A stretch of DNA of 64,000 bases from the human T2T-CHM13v2.0 reference genome, Homo sapiens. The position numbers and the translations under genes were made by a program. The notes under the pieces are model-generated. The model did no database searches, was not told the DNA's origin, and saw only the letters and a list, made by a program, of their open reading frames with translations. Position 1 is the stretch's first letter. Each line of letters begins with the position of its first letter. The stretch is from NCBI RefSeq assembly GCF_009914755.1, contig NC_060931.1; one strand, written 5' to 3'. Positions 12,056 through 30,959 of this stretch are shown here, in pieces.

Positions 12056-13072
12056 ATGGGGAAAAAACAGAGCAGAAAAACTGAAAATTCTAAAAATCAG
12101 AGTGCCTCTCCTTCTGCAAAGGAACACAGCTCCTCATCAGCAACGGAACAAAGCTGGATGGAGAATAACTTCGATGAGTTTAGAGAAGAAGGCTTCAGAA
12201 GATCAAACCTCTCCAAGCTAAAGGAGGAAGTTCAAACCGATGGCAAAGAAGTTAAAAACCCTGAAAAAAGATTAGATGAATGGCTAACTAGAATAACCAA
12301 TGCAGAGAAGTCCTTAAAGGAGCTGATGGAGCTGAAAACCATGGCACAAGAATTACGTGATGCATGAACAAGCTTCAGTAGCCGATTCGATCAACTGGAA
12401 GAAAGGGTATAAGTGATGGAAGATCAAATGAATGAAATGAAGCGAGAAGAGAAGTTTAGAGAAAAAAGAATAAAAAGAAATGAACAAAGCCTCCAAGAAA
12501 TATGGGACTATGTGAAAAGACCAAATCTACATCTGATTGGTGTACCTGAAAGTGACAGGGAGAATGGAACCAAGTTGGAAAACACTCTGCAGGATATTAT
12601 CCAGGAGAACTTCCCCAGCCTACCAAGGCAGGCCAACATTCAAATTCAGGAAATACAGAGAATGCCACAAAGATACTCCTTGAGAAGAACAACTCCAAGA
12701 CACATAATTGTCAGATTCACCAAAGGTGAAATGAGGGAAAAAATGTTAAGGGCAGCCAGAGAGAAAGGTCAGGTTACCCACAAAGGGAAGCCCATCAGAC
12801 TAACAGCCGATCTCTCAGCAGAAACTCTACAAGCCAGAAGAGAGTGGGGGCCAATATTCAACATTCTTAAATAAAAGAATTTTCAAACCAGAATTTCATA
12901 TCCAGCCAAACTAAGCTTCATAAGTGAAGAAGAACTAAAATCCTTTACAGACAAGCAAATGCTGAGAGATTTTATCACCACAAGGCCTGCCCTACAAGAG
13001 CTCCTGAAGGAAGCACTAAGCATGGAAAGGAACAACCGGTACCAGCCACTGCAAAAACATGCCAAATTGTAA
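12056..13072 (+). pseudogene. L1 ORF1p (338-codon frame) with nonsense mutations
   Basis: MGKKQSRK... start, canonical 1017-nt length with no net frameshift; in-frame stops at 12365, 12410 and 12872. Confidence 0.95.
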
Positions 13073-13135
13073 AGACCATCGAGGCTAGGAAGAAACTGCA
13101 TCAACTAACAAGCAAAATAACCAGCTAACATCATA

Positions 13136-16936
<3,801 letters not shown>

Positions 16937-17137
16937 ACAATGAGAACACTTGGACACAGGAAGGGGAACATCACACACTGGGGCCTGTTATGCGGTGGGG
17001 GGAGAGGGGAGGGATAGCATTAGGAGATACCTAATGTAAATGACAAGTTAATGGGTGCAGCACACCAACATGGCACATGTATACATATGTAACAAACCTG
17101 CACGTTGTGCACATGTACCCTAAAACTTAAAGTATAA

Positions 17138-17176
<39 letters not shown>

Positions 17177-17185
17177 ACAAACAAA
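17138..17185 (+). repeat. (TAAA)10(CAAA)2 microsatellite in L1 tail/TSD
   Basis: Read directly. Confidence 0.95.
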
Positions 17186-17719
17186 CAATGGGAGAAATTT
17201 TGAAAATGTGAAAAGTAAAAATGGCTACAGAAAATATTTAACAGAAAATTCTCCCCTAAACCTAAACACTTATCTAACGATTAAGTAAAAATAAAATAAA
17301 ATATAATTAAAAAATCAAAAAGGCGACATCAACTGCAAACATTCAGTACAGCACTAAAACCTGAGAATGTCACAAGTCCTGTGTGACTTCACAGAGCACT
17401 CTCTGAAATCATTACTGCATATGCAAAACACTATCTTTTTTTACTTTATGGGCAGTTTATTTCTTAAATCAACAATAGTAACATTCATTGAGTTTATTTG
17501 AACTTATACATCCTACATATAAACTGTAAGATATTTTGCAGAAACAAAAATGTGACCCTTTAATTTTTCTCTTCTAAATAAAATGTTGTGCCTTTAGAAC
17601 AAATTAAAATAGCGAAGACAGCTTTTTCTTCATTATGAAGTGGAATGCACACACAAATACACACAGAGATATGTACATCCTCCTGGTTCTCCCTTTCTCT
17701 CACATTAAACATCTAGTAT

Positions 17720-18155
17720 TGTAGTCACTTCTCAGTTCTGACTTCAAAATACATCCCAAGACCAACCACTTTCCGAACCTTCACAGCTTTCACCCTGGCT
17801 TCACCCACAACCATGTTTCCTCCAGACTCCTTCCAGAGCCTCCTAATTGTTCTCCCTGTTTCCATTCTGTAGCTCCCACCCCATATCAGTCGTAAGGTGA
17901 TGTTTATAAAATAACCTTCAGTTCATGCTGGTTTTCTATTTGGAACCCTCCAGTGACTTCCTAGCACATTCAGAATAAAATCTGAAATCCTTATCCTAGT
18001 CTACAAGTCTCTGCATAGTGGGATCCCTGCCTACTTCTCCAACCTCATCTCCCACTATTCTCTTGGCTGTGTTCACTCCACCCAGGAAGCCACACAAGGT
18101 TTCTTGTTGTTTCTCAATAACACCAATTATCTTCCTGTCTCAGGATCTTTGCACT
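17720..18155 (+). mobile_element. L2 LINE fragment
   Basis: L2 motifs: accctccagtgacttcctagcacattcagaataaaatc...ctccaacctcatc...tctcaggatctttgcac. Confidence 0.75.
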
Positions 18156-18749
18156 CCCACTATTTCCTTCAAAAAACATAATACACAAAATACACAAAAT
18201 AGTTACTCCCACTATTTCCTTCAAAAAACATAAAAGAGATTTAATGAGATATAATTCATATACTACACAATTCATCCATATAAAATGTACAATTCAGTGT
18301 TTTATAGTATATTCACAGGGATATATAACCATCACCACTATCAATTTTAGAACAGTTGTCCCCCTAAAAAGAAATCCCATATTCATTCACAGTCACTCCC
18401 TACTTTTCCTAGCCCTAGGCAAGAATAAATCTACTTTCTATCTCTATATGTTTTCCTATTCTGGATATTTTATATAAATGGAATTATACAATGTGTAGTC
18501 TTTACAACTGGCTTCTTTCCCTTAGCATAATGTTTTCAAGATTTATCCATGCTATAACATATATAATATTTCATTCTTTTTCTTGCTGCATAATATTCCA
18601 TCATATGGACATACCAAATTATATTTATCCATGTATTTGCTGATGGATATTTAGATTGTTTCCAATCTTGGGTGATTACTTATAATGTTCCTATAAACTG
18701 TATGTCCAAGTTTCTGTGTGGACATAAGTTATCATTTTTTCTTGGGCAT

Positions 18750-21256
<2,507 letters not shown>

Positions 21257-21364
21257 GGCACATACCAAGTAGAATTGATGGTTCATATGGTAACTCTATC
21301 TTTAACATCTTGCAGAACCACCAAACTGTTTTACAAAGTGGCTGTGCCATTTTACATTCCCACA

Positions 21365-22345
21365 GGAATAAAATTAAAAAGACTGATAATGCTAAATGTT
21401 GACAAATACTTGAAGAAACCTGAACTCTCATACATTGTTAGTAAGATTGTAAAATAGAAATCAACCCGGTAGTGTCTCATAAAGTCAAACATACAACTAC
21501 CTCTATGATCCAGCAATTCTACTTCTAAGTACTTCTCTAAGAGAAATCAAAACAGGTATACCCCCCACCACACACACACATTCCTTTTCATAGGCTCCAA
21601 GACTGTACATAACGGTGTCCCTGCCTTCTTCTCCAACCTCATCTTCCACCATTCTCTTGGCTGTGTTCACTCCACCCAGAAACCCACACAAGGCTTCTTG
21701 TTGTTTCTCAATAACACAGATAACACAACACATTGTGTGGGTATGGCGGGGAGAACCTGTTTTTATTTATCTTAGGCAAATGGCTTGTACAAGAATGTTC
21801 ATAACAGCTTAATTCATGATAACCCAAATATGATAACAGTTTAATTCATGATAACAAATGACTTGTACAAGAATGTTCATAACAGTGTAATTCATGATAA
21901 ACCAAACCAGAAGCAGTATCAATGGCCAACAACAGGAAAATAGATTAAAGAATTATTATATATTCAATGTCCATTAATATTAAGAAACAGACATGTATCA
22001 TGTTACACATTATATGATGAATGACCAACAAGAATAAACCTTAAACACTGGTAAAAGCTATCAGAAATAAAAATACCTATTGTATGAAGTACATATTAGA
22101 TGAAGTTCTATAACAGGGAAAACCAATGTGTGCTGAAAAAAATCACAAGGGTGGTTGCATTTCGGGGGAAGGTTTGACTGGGAAGAGACATGAGGAAACT
22201 TTCTGGGATAATGAAAATTTTATGTATCTTGACAGACTGTATGTTCCATATATGTGTATTTGTCAAAACTCATCAAATTATGCACTTAAAATCTGTGCAT
22301 TTCACTAAAAATAAATTATACATCAATTTAAAAATTTAAAATAAA
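21365..22345 (+). mobile_element. L1MC/L1ME-like 3' end, interrupted by a complex templated insertion
   Basis: aaaagactgataatgctaaatgttg...tatgatccagcaattctacttcta...cttgtacaagaatgttcata...gtcaaaactcatcaaatt...aaattatacatcaat. Confidence 0.8.
21582..21717 (+). repeat. Dispersed local duplication of 17988-18123
   Basis: Ungapped: 94/100 identity for 21618-21717 vs 18024-18123, plus 25/36 upstream. Confidence 0.92.
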
Positions 22346-23804
22346 CATATATGTATATGAATAATACATGGACTGAGAGCAAGAGACCAACAGTATGTGC
22401 CAGGCACTGTGGGCTCCGTGTAGACACTGCTCTGCATCCTAATAGAGCTTGCATTCTGCTGGGGGATACATAAAATCATGAAATATCTGATATTCAAACC
22501 TCAATAGAGAATATGAATGAATGACATAATTTTGGTCCTCTAGGAAAAGGAACTGACAACCCTCTTCTTTCATCTATCACTCTATAACATCAGTAAAAAT
22601 GAGCGTAGACGTAACTGAAGGCAATTCAAAAAAGGAGAGAAAGAAAATACATGGTTCTTTTAAACATTCGTCAATCTATAGATAATTGTTTCCTACAAGT
22701 GAGGACTCCTGTAAATGACATCCTCTGAATCTGAGCAAAGCAACTGAAAAAAACATTAAAATAAAAGTAAGAGTAAACGTATGAGCTTAGAATATCATAA
22801 ATTAGTGGGGAATGAGCAGGCTGAGTTTACTCTTAGAAAATTATACCAGTTCATTTTTAAATCAGTTCATTAAAATGCAAAACATTAGCCCTATAAAATA
22901 TATTTTATTTCAAAAATATACTCAAGCAATGTTTACTAAGAACACAGCTATGCAGGAATTTTTTAAGTGTCTCAAAGACTAAAAATCAAAGACAGTGATA
23001 AATGAGAACTCATCTTTGGGAGATGTGTTCTGACGGGGTACTGCAAGGGTAGTATTCAGTCCAAAAATTAAAAATACTTATTAAGGAAGTGGAAGAAATT
23101 AACACAAATTAGATTTGTTTTAATACTAAAGTAGGAAATGTTGAAAACATGAGTAAAGACAAGATATTACAACTGGTTGAGGGAGAGTAAGGAGCTTAGA
23201 GAAAAAATAACAAAGGAACCGTTATTCTGGTTGCTTCTTTTCAATGAAGAATGATGCATACTGAAGATTTAAGAGTAACCATAAGTAATTTGTGACAGAC
23301 CTGGGATTCATGTCACTACAAACTTGTAAACAATGGTTGGACTTCTTCCAAGCTATTTCTTTAATAGATTCTTGCTACTCTAGCATTTTCCCTGCAGGGA
23401 GAATGAAGAAAAGCACTTTGATTTATCTTCTGAAATGGCCATAGATGTAATCATTGCCCTGCACTAGGTGCTAAGTATTCAGTCACATCTCTGAGGGGAA
23501 AAAAAGGAATAAATAAGTGATGGACAGCACGTGCTATTGCATTCTGAAAAAAAAAAAAAAAACTGGTGAGCACTTCCACAAATCATCTTGAACTACCCAT
23601 GCAGATTCTGGATCTCATCTGGTCTAGGGGACTAGCCTTACCCAAAAGCAATGAGGAGCTGATAAGGTAGAATATTTTTAAAATTATGCCAGATTCATTT
23701 ATGTGTAGGAGTACTTGAAAAGATCTTACACAAATAGCATAGTAAGAGAAATTTATAGTGTCCCTGGGGATGTATTGGTATTAAAAAGTTACACGGATCC
23801 ACAG

Positions 23805-23990
23805 AAACCATAGAATCCCATGACTTTCCAGGTAGGACAGAACCAAGAGCCAACCCAACCCAATTCCATGAGTTTTATAAGAAAATTGTGCCCCTACAAA
23901 GTGAAGGGACTGACATAAAAGCAGAATCACAATTTAGATATAGATCACTTCCAGCCCAGAGCTCTTCCCATTATCCTCCACTGCTCTCAA
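23805..23990 (-). mobile_element. MIR-family SINE fragment
   Basis: atagaatc...gtgaagggactgac...cccagagctcttcccattatc pattern. Confidence 0.45.
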
Positions 23991-24564
23991 ATCACAACCA
24001 CTCCCTTGGATGGGATTGAGTAGCCATGCTGTCTAAGCTACAGTATCCACTATCTCTGCCTAATTCATATCTGGTCTTGGTATTGAACTATAAACATGAA
24101 AAATCTGTTGATCTCAAGAGAATTAGATGAAAATAAAACTAGTAGCACAATAAGAAGCTTAAAAGAAAAAACTCAGATTAATGATTGGTTAAGAAGAAAC
24201 AAAGGACTGAGTATATAACACGTAAAAAATATTCCAAAGGTTGAATACTCTGGAACTAAAAGTAAAACAATAAAATAAGGTTGAAGACATGCATAGTTTT
24301 TTCATCCACTAATAGACTGTGCAATAAAATGGTAGAACCAACCCCACTTAACCTATTCAAAATAATTGAATAAACATGGTGATTAATGCTTTGATTATAA
24401 TAAAAATATTCCTCTGTGCTTGGAATTAAATATGCTATAAAAAAACATTGTTAATATTCAATCAAGTTGTTCTTAAGTAAAAGCTAAGCATCTTCTCATT
24501 AAAAATTTTAATATTCAAGTCTTGAATATTTTCATGAAAATTAGCAATATAGGGCATTGGTTGA

Positions 24565-24920
24565 ATCAGGAGACACAATGTTTGTGTCTCCCTAAATTCA
24601 TATGTTGAAAACATAATCACCAATATGATGTTATTAGGAGGTGGGGTTTTTGGGGGTAATTAGATTATGAGTATGGAGCCCTGATGAATGGATTTAGTGC
24701 CCTTATAAAAGGGATCTGAGAAAGCTCTGTCGCCCTTTCTGCCATGTGAGGATACAACAAGAAATAGCCATCTGCACCCCAGAAGAGGGCCCGCACTACA
24801 GCTCAACCATGCTGGCACTCCAATCTCACACTTCCAACTTCTAGAACTGTGAGACATAAATTTCTGTTGTTGATAAGTCACCTAGGATACTATTTTGTCG
24901 TAACAGCTTGAACTCAAACA
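24565..24920 (+). mobile_element. MLT1A0-like solo LTR
   Basis: aatgtttgtgtctccctaaattcatatgttgaaa...gcccttataaaag...gccatgtgaggataca...ctagaactgtgagacataaatttctgttg. Confidence 0.85.
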
Positions 24921-25199
24921 ATGTTTCTATGTAATTAATATCTAGAACCATTGGAATTGACTTAATACCTGCATAACCAGAACTATGGAATTTCATTTTT
25001 CTTTAATACTGCCATTAATCTGTCTTTGTTATATATTAAAGTGCCTCAGGTTCAAAGGTCTCTTCCAGATCATTCTAAGGCAGCTGTGTAGGACTGAGGG
25101 TAGTTCATATAATATAGGGATAGGGAGAAAAAAAGTTGTTTCCTACTTCCTTCTACCCACTGGAACTCCACCACTCTCATTCTAGTTTGAAAATAAGTA

Positions 25200-25350
25200 G
25201 AAGACAAACTCAACATCTGCTATTGAGGTAGATTATTTTATAACCATTTTACAGATGAGGAAATTGAATTGCAAAACATAAATTATCTTTTCCAAAGTTA
25301 GAGTAAGTAAGAGATCTGATCTGATTCTGAAGCACATGCTCTTCCATTAC
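25200..25350 (-). mobile_element. MIR fragment
   Basis: MIR core ccattttacagatgaggaaattga. Confidence 0.7.
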
Positions 25351-25484
25351 ATAATTATGACTCTCCATAATGCTAAGATGGATGACGGGGGGCAGGGGGT
25401 GGTATATTTAAGAGAACTGTGATAACTTTGACTTTGTTCAGTTGAATTATCTGGAAAAAGTATAAGTAAAAGCAACAAATGAGT

Positions 25485-25715
25485 CAGTGAGAAAGATCAT
25501 GACCTTTCGAGCCAAGCAGACAAATTTAGAGTCTAGTTCTGCCACTTACTGGCCATGTTAAATGGGGCAAGTATTAATAACTCAACACCTTCTAAAGTCT
25601 CTGTTTCATAACCTGTAAGAAGCAGTACTAGCACCTCTTCCCTCATACCACTGTTGAGAGAAATAAATCTAAAACACTTATCACTATGCTTAGTGCTACT
25701 CATTCACTAATGGTA
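25485..25715 (+). mobile_element. MIR fragment
   Basis: ctagttctgccacttactggccatg...ggcaagta...tctctgtttcataacctgtaa. Confidence 0.7.
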
Positions 25716-26511
25716 AACTACTTCCCACTTTGCTTTTTGGTTAATTGTTTTCAAATCAATATTGCTGTAATTCTTGATATATTTTTCACATTTGCAGAAA
25801 ACTTGATCCTTCTAAGCAACATTTAAGATGAGATGGAAATTATTTGACCTATTAGCATAGGGTTAAAGTCATCTTCTCCTTTTCTAGACTTTTCCTAAAA
25901 TACATACAAGTCTCTTAAAAGAAATTTAAGGTCCAGCCATCTACATTTATAACTACAAGCCAAAGCCTCCAACATGATTTAATTTTTACTAATCATAGTC
26001 AGAAAAACTATGTAGTAAAGACCCATTATTACTTGAAAGATTAAACTAGATGGTCTTCAAGTTTCTTGCTAATTTTTTGTCTTAGACTTCTGATATACAT
26101 TGGTACACAAATGCAATGTATTTTGAGGTGTGGTATCCCAATGGCCATATATGTGTCTATCATGCAGTAATCCACAAAGTGCAAATGGCATTAAGTAGGC
26201 TTTCTGGAAAAATGTATGATTTTTCTGACCATGCAAGAGGCCACATCTCAAAAATTCAAAACTTTGATTCAAGTAGAAAATATCCTGTTCCGATCTGACC
26301 TCTTATTTCACCTTTGAACTTAAAATCCTGCTTATATATTACCAAGATATCAGAAATATTTTGCGATTGTAACATTAAAAACAAACCAACACAAAAATCA
26401 CTAGCCCTTTGATGTTTATACTGAAAAGGATTGCAATGAATTTTAGTAACTTGAAATAATTATGTTATTAAATTTTGTATTAGTCAGTTTATCACAACAA
26501 TGTCTGATTTT

Positions 26512-26622
26512 TCTCAGTAGACTGCAAACTCATAAGGGGAACATCCTCTCTGCTCTGCAGACATTAACAACAGCACTTGGCATATAGACAGATTTCAAGA
26601 AGGAATTTTAAATGAATAAATG
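26512..26622 (+). mobile_element. L2 3' end
   Basis: tagactgcaaactcataaggg...agcacttggcatatag...aatgaataaatg. Confidence 0.6.
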
Positions 26623-26897
26623 GATTTTTTTATTTTGCATCCTTTCTATTTTTGTATCTTTTCTATTCTGGGTAGAGGTAAATATGGTGTTCCTCCAGTA
26701 GCTATTTTGACCATTCATGTATTTATCTGTGAAACCAACTTGTATCTATAACAAGTTGCAAAAGCTTTACAAGAAATTTTGTGTAAATGATTACTCAACA
26801 ATTATTAGGCTATAAGTACTAATAATAAGTACTCCTATTTAACAGGCTTTGAGAATTAACAAAGTATTTCAAAAAATGCATACGAAAGTATACATAT

Positions 26898-27363
<466 letters not shown>

Positions 27364-28699
27364 AAGGTGGAAATTCTTAAGAGGGTATCATGGGCACTTT
27401 GGGCTGGCCTCGTACATTAAGTCAGGAAGAAACTTCAAAAGTTCCTAACCTGTTCTTTGCTATTTGTAGGTTCCTCTTCTTGAATCCTGTGATGAATTGT
27501 GGGCTATTTTCAGCTTTTGATGGTTCTGATACTTCAAGCATCTTCTCTCTTTAGATAACACTCATTTGCAGGCTGGTGACCATGTAAACAGGTTCCAATG
27601 TGGTTACCTCTGACTGTAGTCCTTCTGGACCCAGCGGACTTCCAATTTCCCTAAGCCATGTGCTTTCCTTGTGGAACGTGGTTAGATTTCCAACTTCAGG
27701 GGAACTTGTTGTGCTGTAAAGATCACTAGATTACAATGGCATCTACCTTTCTTTATCAGCTCTGCTTTCATAATGACCCATTGATGTCTTAAATAACATC
27801 TAGTGCCTCAGATACCCAGGGCCCAAGTGAAACATTAATCTTTGATATGTAAATGAAATGATAGAGGCATCATCTCAAAGTTAACTGGAGTCACAGCCTA
27901 TTACTGTTCTGTTATATGTCCAACTTTTTTTTAGTGAGATTCATTCTTCTGGGATCCAGCATGAGTGATTGTGTTACAGTGATGACACAGAGGTAACCCA
28001 TGGAGGCTATCCTTTTTAAGAATCCTGAAAGAATCTAAGAATCTTGGACATGAAGGTATTTTTATCAGTTAAATGTCTGTATATTATTGGGGCAAAAATG
28101 CTGAAACTATATCTGCTGTTGAAGTCCTTGGTGACTCCAGATTTAATAGTTTATTTTCCTCTACCCTATAAGCTAGATACGTAATCCCAGGGTCATAAAA
28201 AATATGAAGATAAACAAAAATCTCTTTGATCATATCTGATTCAACATATAAACTAAACCCATTGAGCTTAATTAATGCCCAAGGAAGTTCTGGAAATCTA
28301 GAACTTTATAAAATCTATGTCTGCATTTCCCTAAAGATATTCCTCAGAGCTTTTGTGAAGGACTTTTAAGGGACTCTTTCAGGATTTATTCATTGTTTTA
28401 TGTTTGTTGTTTTATGAACTCTTAACTCTTGCTGTATAAGATGCTCAGGTTGCTTTTTGTTACCATTTGAGGTTTGGATGATTATAAATATATAGAAAAG
28501 AACTCAATGGTCTTAGATGGTGTAGGAGAACTATTTCAATACCACTGCCATACATGCTAAAAATGGATTAGCTGAAAAATTATAATAAAATAATAATTTA
28601 TATATTTCATGAGTTAAAAGATGTTTTCATATAGGTAGGATCCTGAAGCTTCTAGAAAGTTCAGATCTTATAGGCAGAGAAATCTGCCTGACAGAAAAC

Positions 28700-28820
28700 T
28701 ATATCTAGCTGATGGGTTGACCTGTGCAGTAAACCACCATGGCACACATTTACCTGTGTTACAAACCTGGACATCCTGCACATGTACCCCTGAACTTAAA
28801 AGTTGAAAACAAAAAGAAAG
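28700..28820 (+). mobile_element. Short 3' end of an older L1PA (PA13-16-like)
   Basis: ctgtgcagtaaaccaccatggcacacatttacc...ctgcacatgtacccctgaacttaaaagttgaaa. Confidence 0.85.
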
Positions 28821-29124
28821 TCTTCTTGTCTAAATGTATATATCTTGTGATATTTTTCAGCTGACAAAGTAAATTAAGTTTCTAGGGTTACACAGACACT
28901 AAGTGGCACAAGGTTGGTCAACCAAGATTTTACTGGAGTCCTTAGTGAACTGTTAAAATGGAGTGAAGGAAAACAAGTGGAAAAATTACATTATGCTACA
29001 GCAACAATGAGCGGTAAAAAACTAAGCAATGAGTATAGATTACCATTTTCTAACATAAATAGTCAGGTCTTAATAACCATTGAAGATGAAATGAGATGAC
29101 GTTAAACTTTTTGTTTTATTTGCT

Positions 29125-30110
29125 GATTTTTAAAAATTTTCTTTTGGAACAATTTCAAATTTACAGAAAACTAAAGAATTATTCCCCCTTTAAATCATGT
29201 AATAAGTTCCCAATCTGATTATTACACCCTAAACATAAGGTCATTCTCTTATATAACCACAAAACAACCATCAAAATTGAGAAATCAGCATCTATAAGGT
29301 ACTCCCATCTGACATTCAAATCCCATTCAACTTTTAACAAATGCTCCAATAATATCATTTCAAACAAAAAACATCCAGTCGAGGATCACATGTCTTTAGC
29401 TGTCATTTCTCTTTAGTCTTAGTTCATCTGAAACAATTTGTCTTGCCTTGGCTTTCAAGGACTTGACACTTTTGAAGATTACAGGCTATTTTTTAGAATG
29501 TTCCTCAGTTTGAGTTTATCTTTCTATTTCCTCATGATTCAATTCAGGCTATGCATCTTGGGCAGGATTATCACAGAAGTGATGATGCTGTGCCCTTATT
29601 GCATCTGCCAGGTGGTACATGATTTTAATTTTTCCCATCACTGGTGATGTCACCTTTAATCTCTTGATTAAGGTGGTATCTCTCTGGCTTAGCCACAGTG
29701 AAGTTACTCTTTTTATAATCAATCAGTGTTTTATTGGGAGGTATTTTTTGACTATATTATATCCCATTGATGAACAAATGTCACTTACTTATATCAATAT
29801 AAGCTAATGTATTCCTATTTTATAAAATTAGTTATGATCTGTACTACCATCATTTTTTTTTTGGTGCTCAAATTTTGTAATATTTGGCCACTGAGAGCCC
29901 CTTGAACCTGGCTTCTCTGTTCTTTGACATGTCCGTATCATTCTTTGAGCAATTCTTGCTTTCTAACAAAACAAAATCCCCAGGCTCATCTTATACCTTT
30001 CTTTCTCCTAGCCCTGGAGACAAACATTTTCCAGAGTCCTGGTTCCTTTTAGTAAATGGTATGTAGAAACCAGATCATAGTACCCTTTCTATTGTAGTGT
30101 TGATGCTCAG
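29125..30110 (-). mobile_element. L1MC4/L1MC5-like 3' end
   Basis: aatttcaaatttacagaaa...cattctcttatataaccac...ttgacacttttgaagattacagg...ttggccactgagagcccc...gtcctggttccttttagt. Confidence 0.75.
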
Positions 30111-30959
30111 GCTCTTAAACCCTAATTTCCTGTGCCAAGTTATGTCTCTTTCTTGGATAACTGATGGAGGAGCATTTACCATCATCAGAGAAAATATCCT
30201 GCCCATTCATTGGAGCATAACCTTTCCTTATGGACAATTTATTCAACATCAGTACTTTCTTCATCAATCAAATTTACATCATACTGTGCACTGGACATTA
30301 GCCTGGTCTAGTTCCTTCTCTCCACTACTCCTCATGCCGGGGCACCTGGTACTCATTCCATATTCTTTCTACAGGTGTCTGATTGCCTTGATTACTTATC
30401 TTCTTCCATAACCTCTTGAATGAAAATTCACACAACTCCTCCACAAATAAACAATACTTTGCAAACCTGGGCATTATACATTTATGTAGCCCCCCCCACC
30501 CCCCGCAAAAAAAAGTTCTAATCTCCTCCTAACACATAAACAAACACAGAGAAAAAATCTCCGAGATGTTAATCTGCTCCAGCAATACAGAACAATTTCT
30601 ATTACCAACAGAATGCTTAATTTTTCTGTCTAAAAAAATATCAGATTTGGGTTAATAGTGTTCTGTTCTCCACAGGAACAATAAATGAATGCTTGCTTTA
30701 TATATAATAAAAAGGTCCAATTAAACATTTTTTACAGAACAAAAGAACATTCTATTTTGTAGGTAGAGAAATAAAACTGCTTGCAATTTTGAAATAACAG
30801 AGTTTCTAGTCTTTATTTTTCAGGTTTTAAAAAACTCTGAAGGCCAACTATCTCTGTCAGGATACCCCACAGCACTTTTATGCATTTTAAACATAAAAAA
30901 GGCACAATATTGGCCCATATTTAGTATTCATTCAGGACAGGTTGCATCATTTTAATGTG

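Noticed and set aside
21777-21900. Repeat-spacer-repeat pattern resembling a CRISPR array (also 18153-18233)
   Set aside because: Only 2-3 units, derived from host repeat sequence, eukaryotic context, no cas genes.
27608-27713. Possible minus-strand exon (ctttacag|CACAAC...TCAGAG|gtaacc) with one open frame
   Set aside because: Poor pyrimidine tract, weak donor, unrecognised peptide; such matches are expected by chance.
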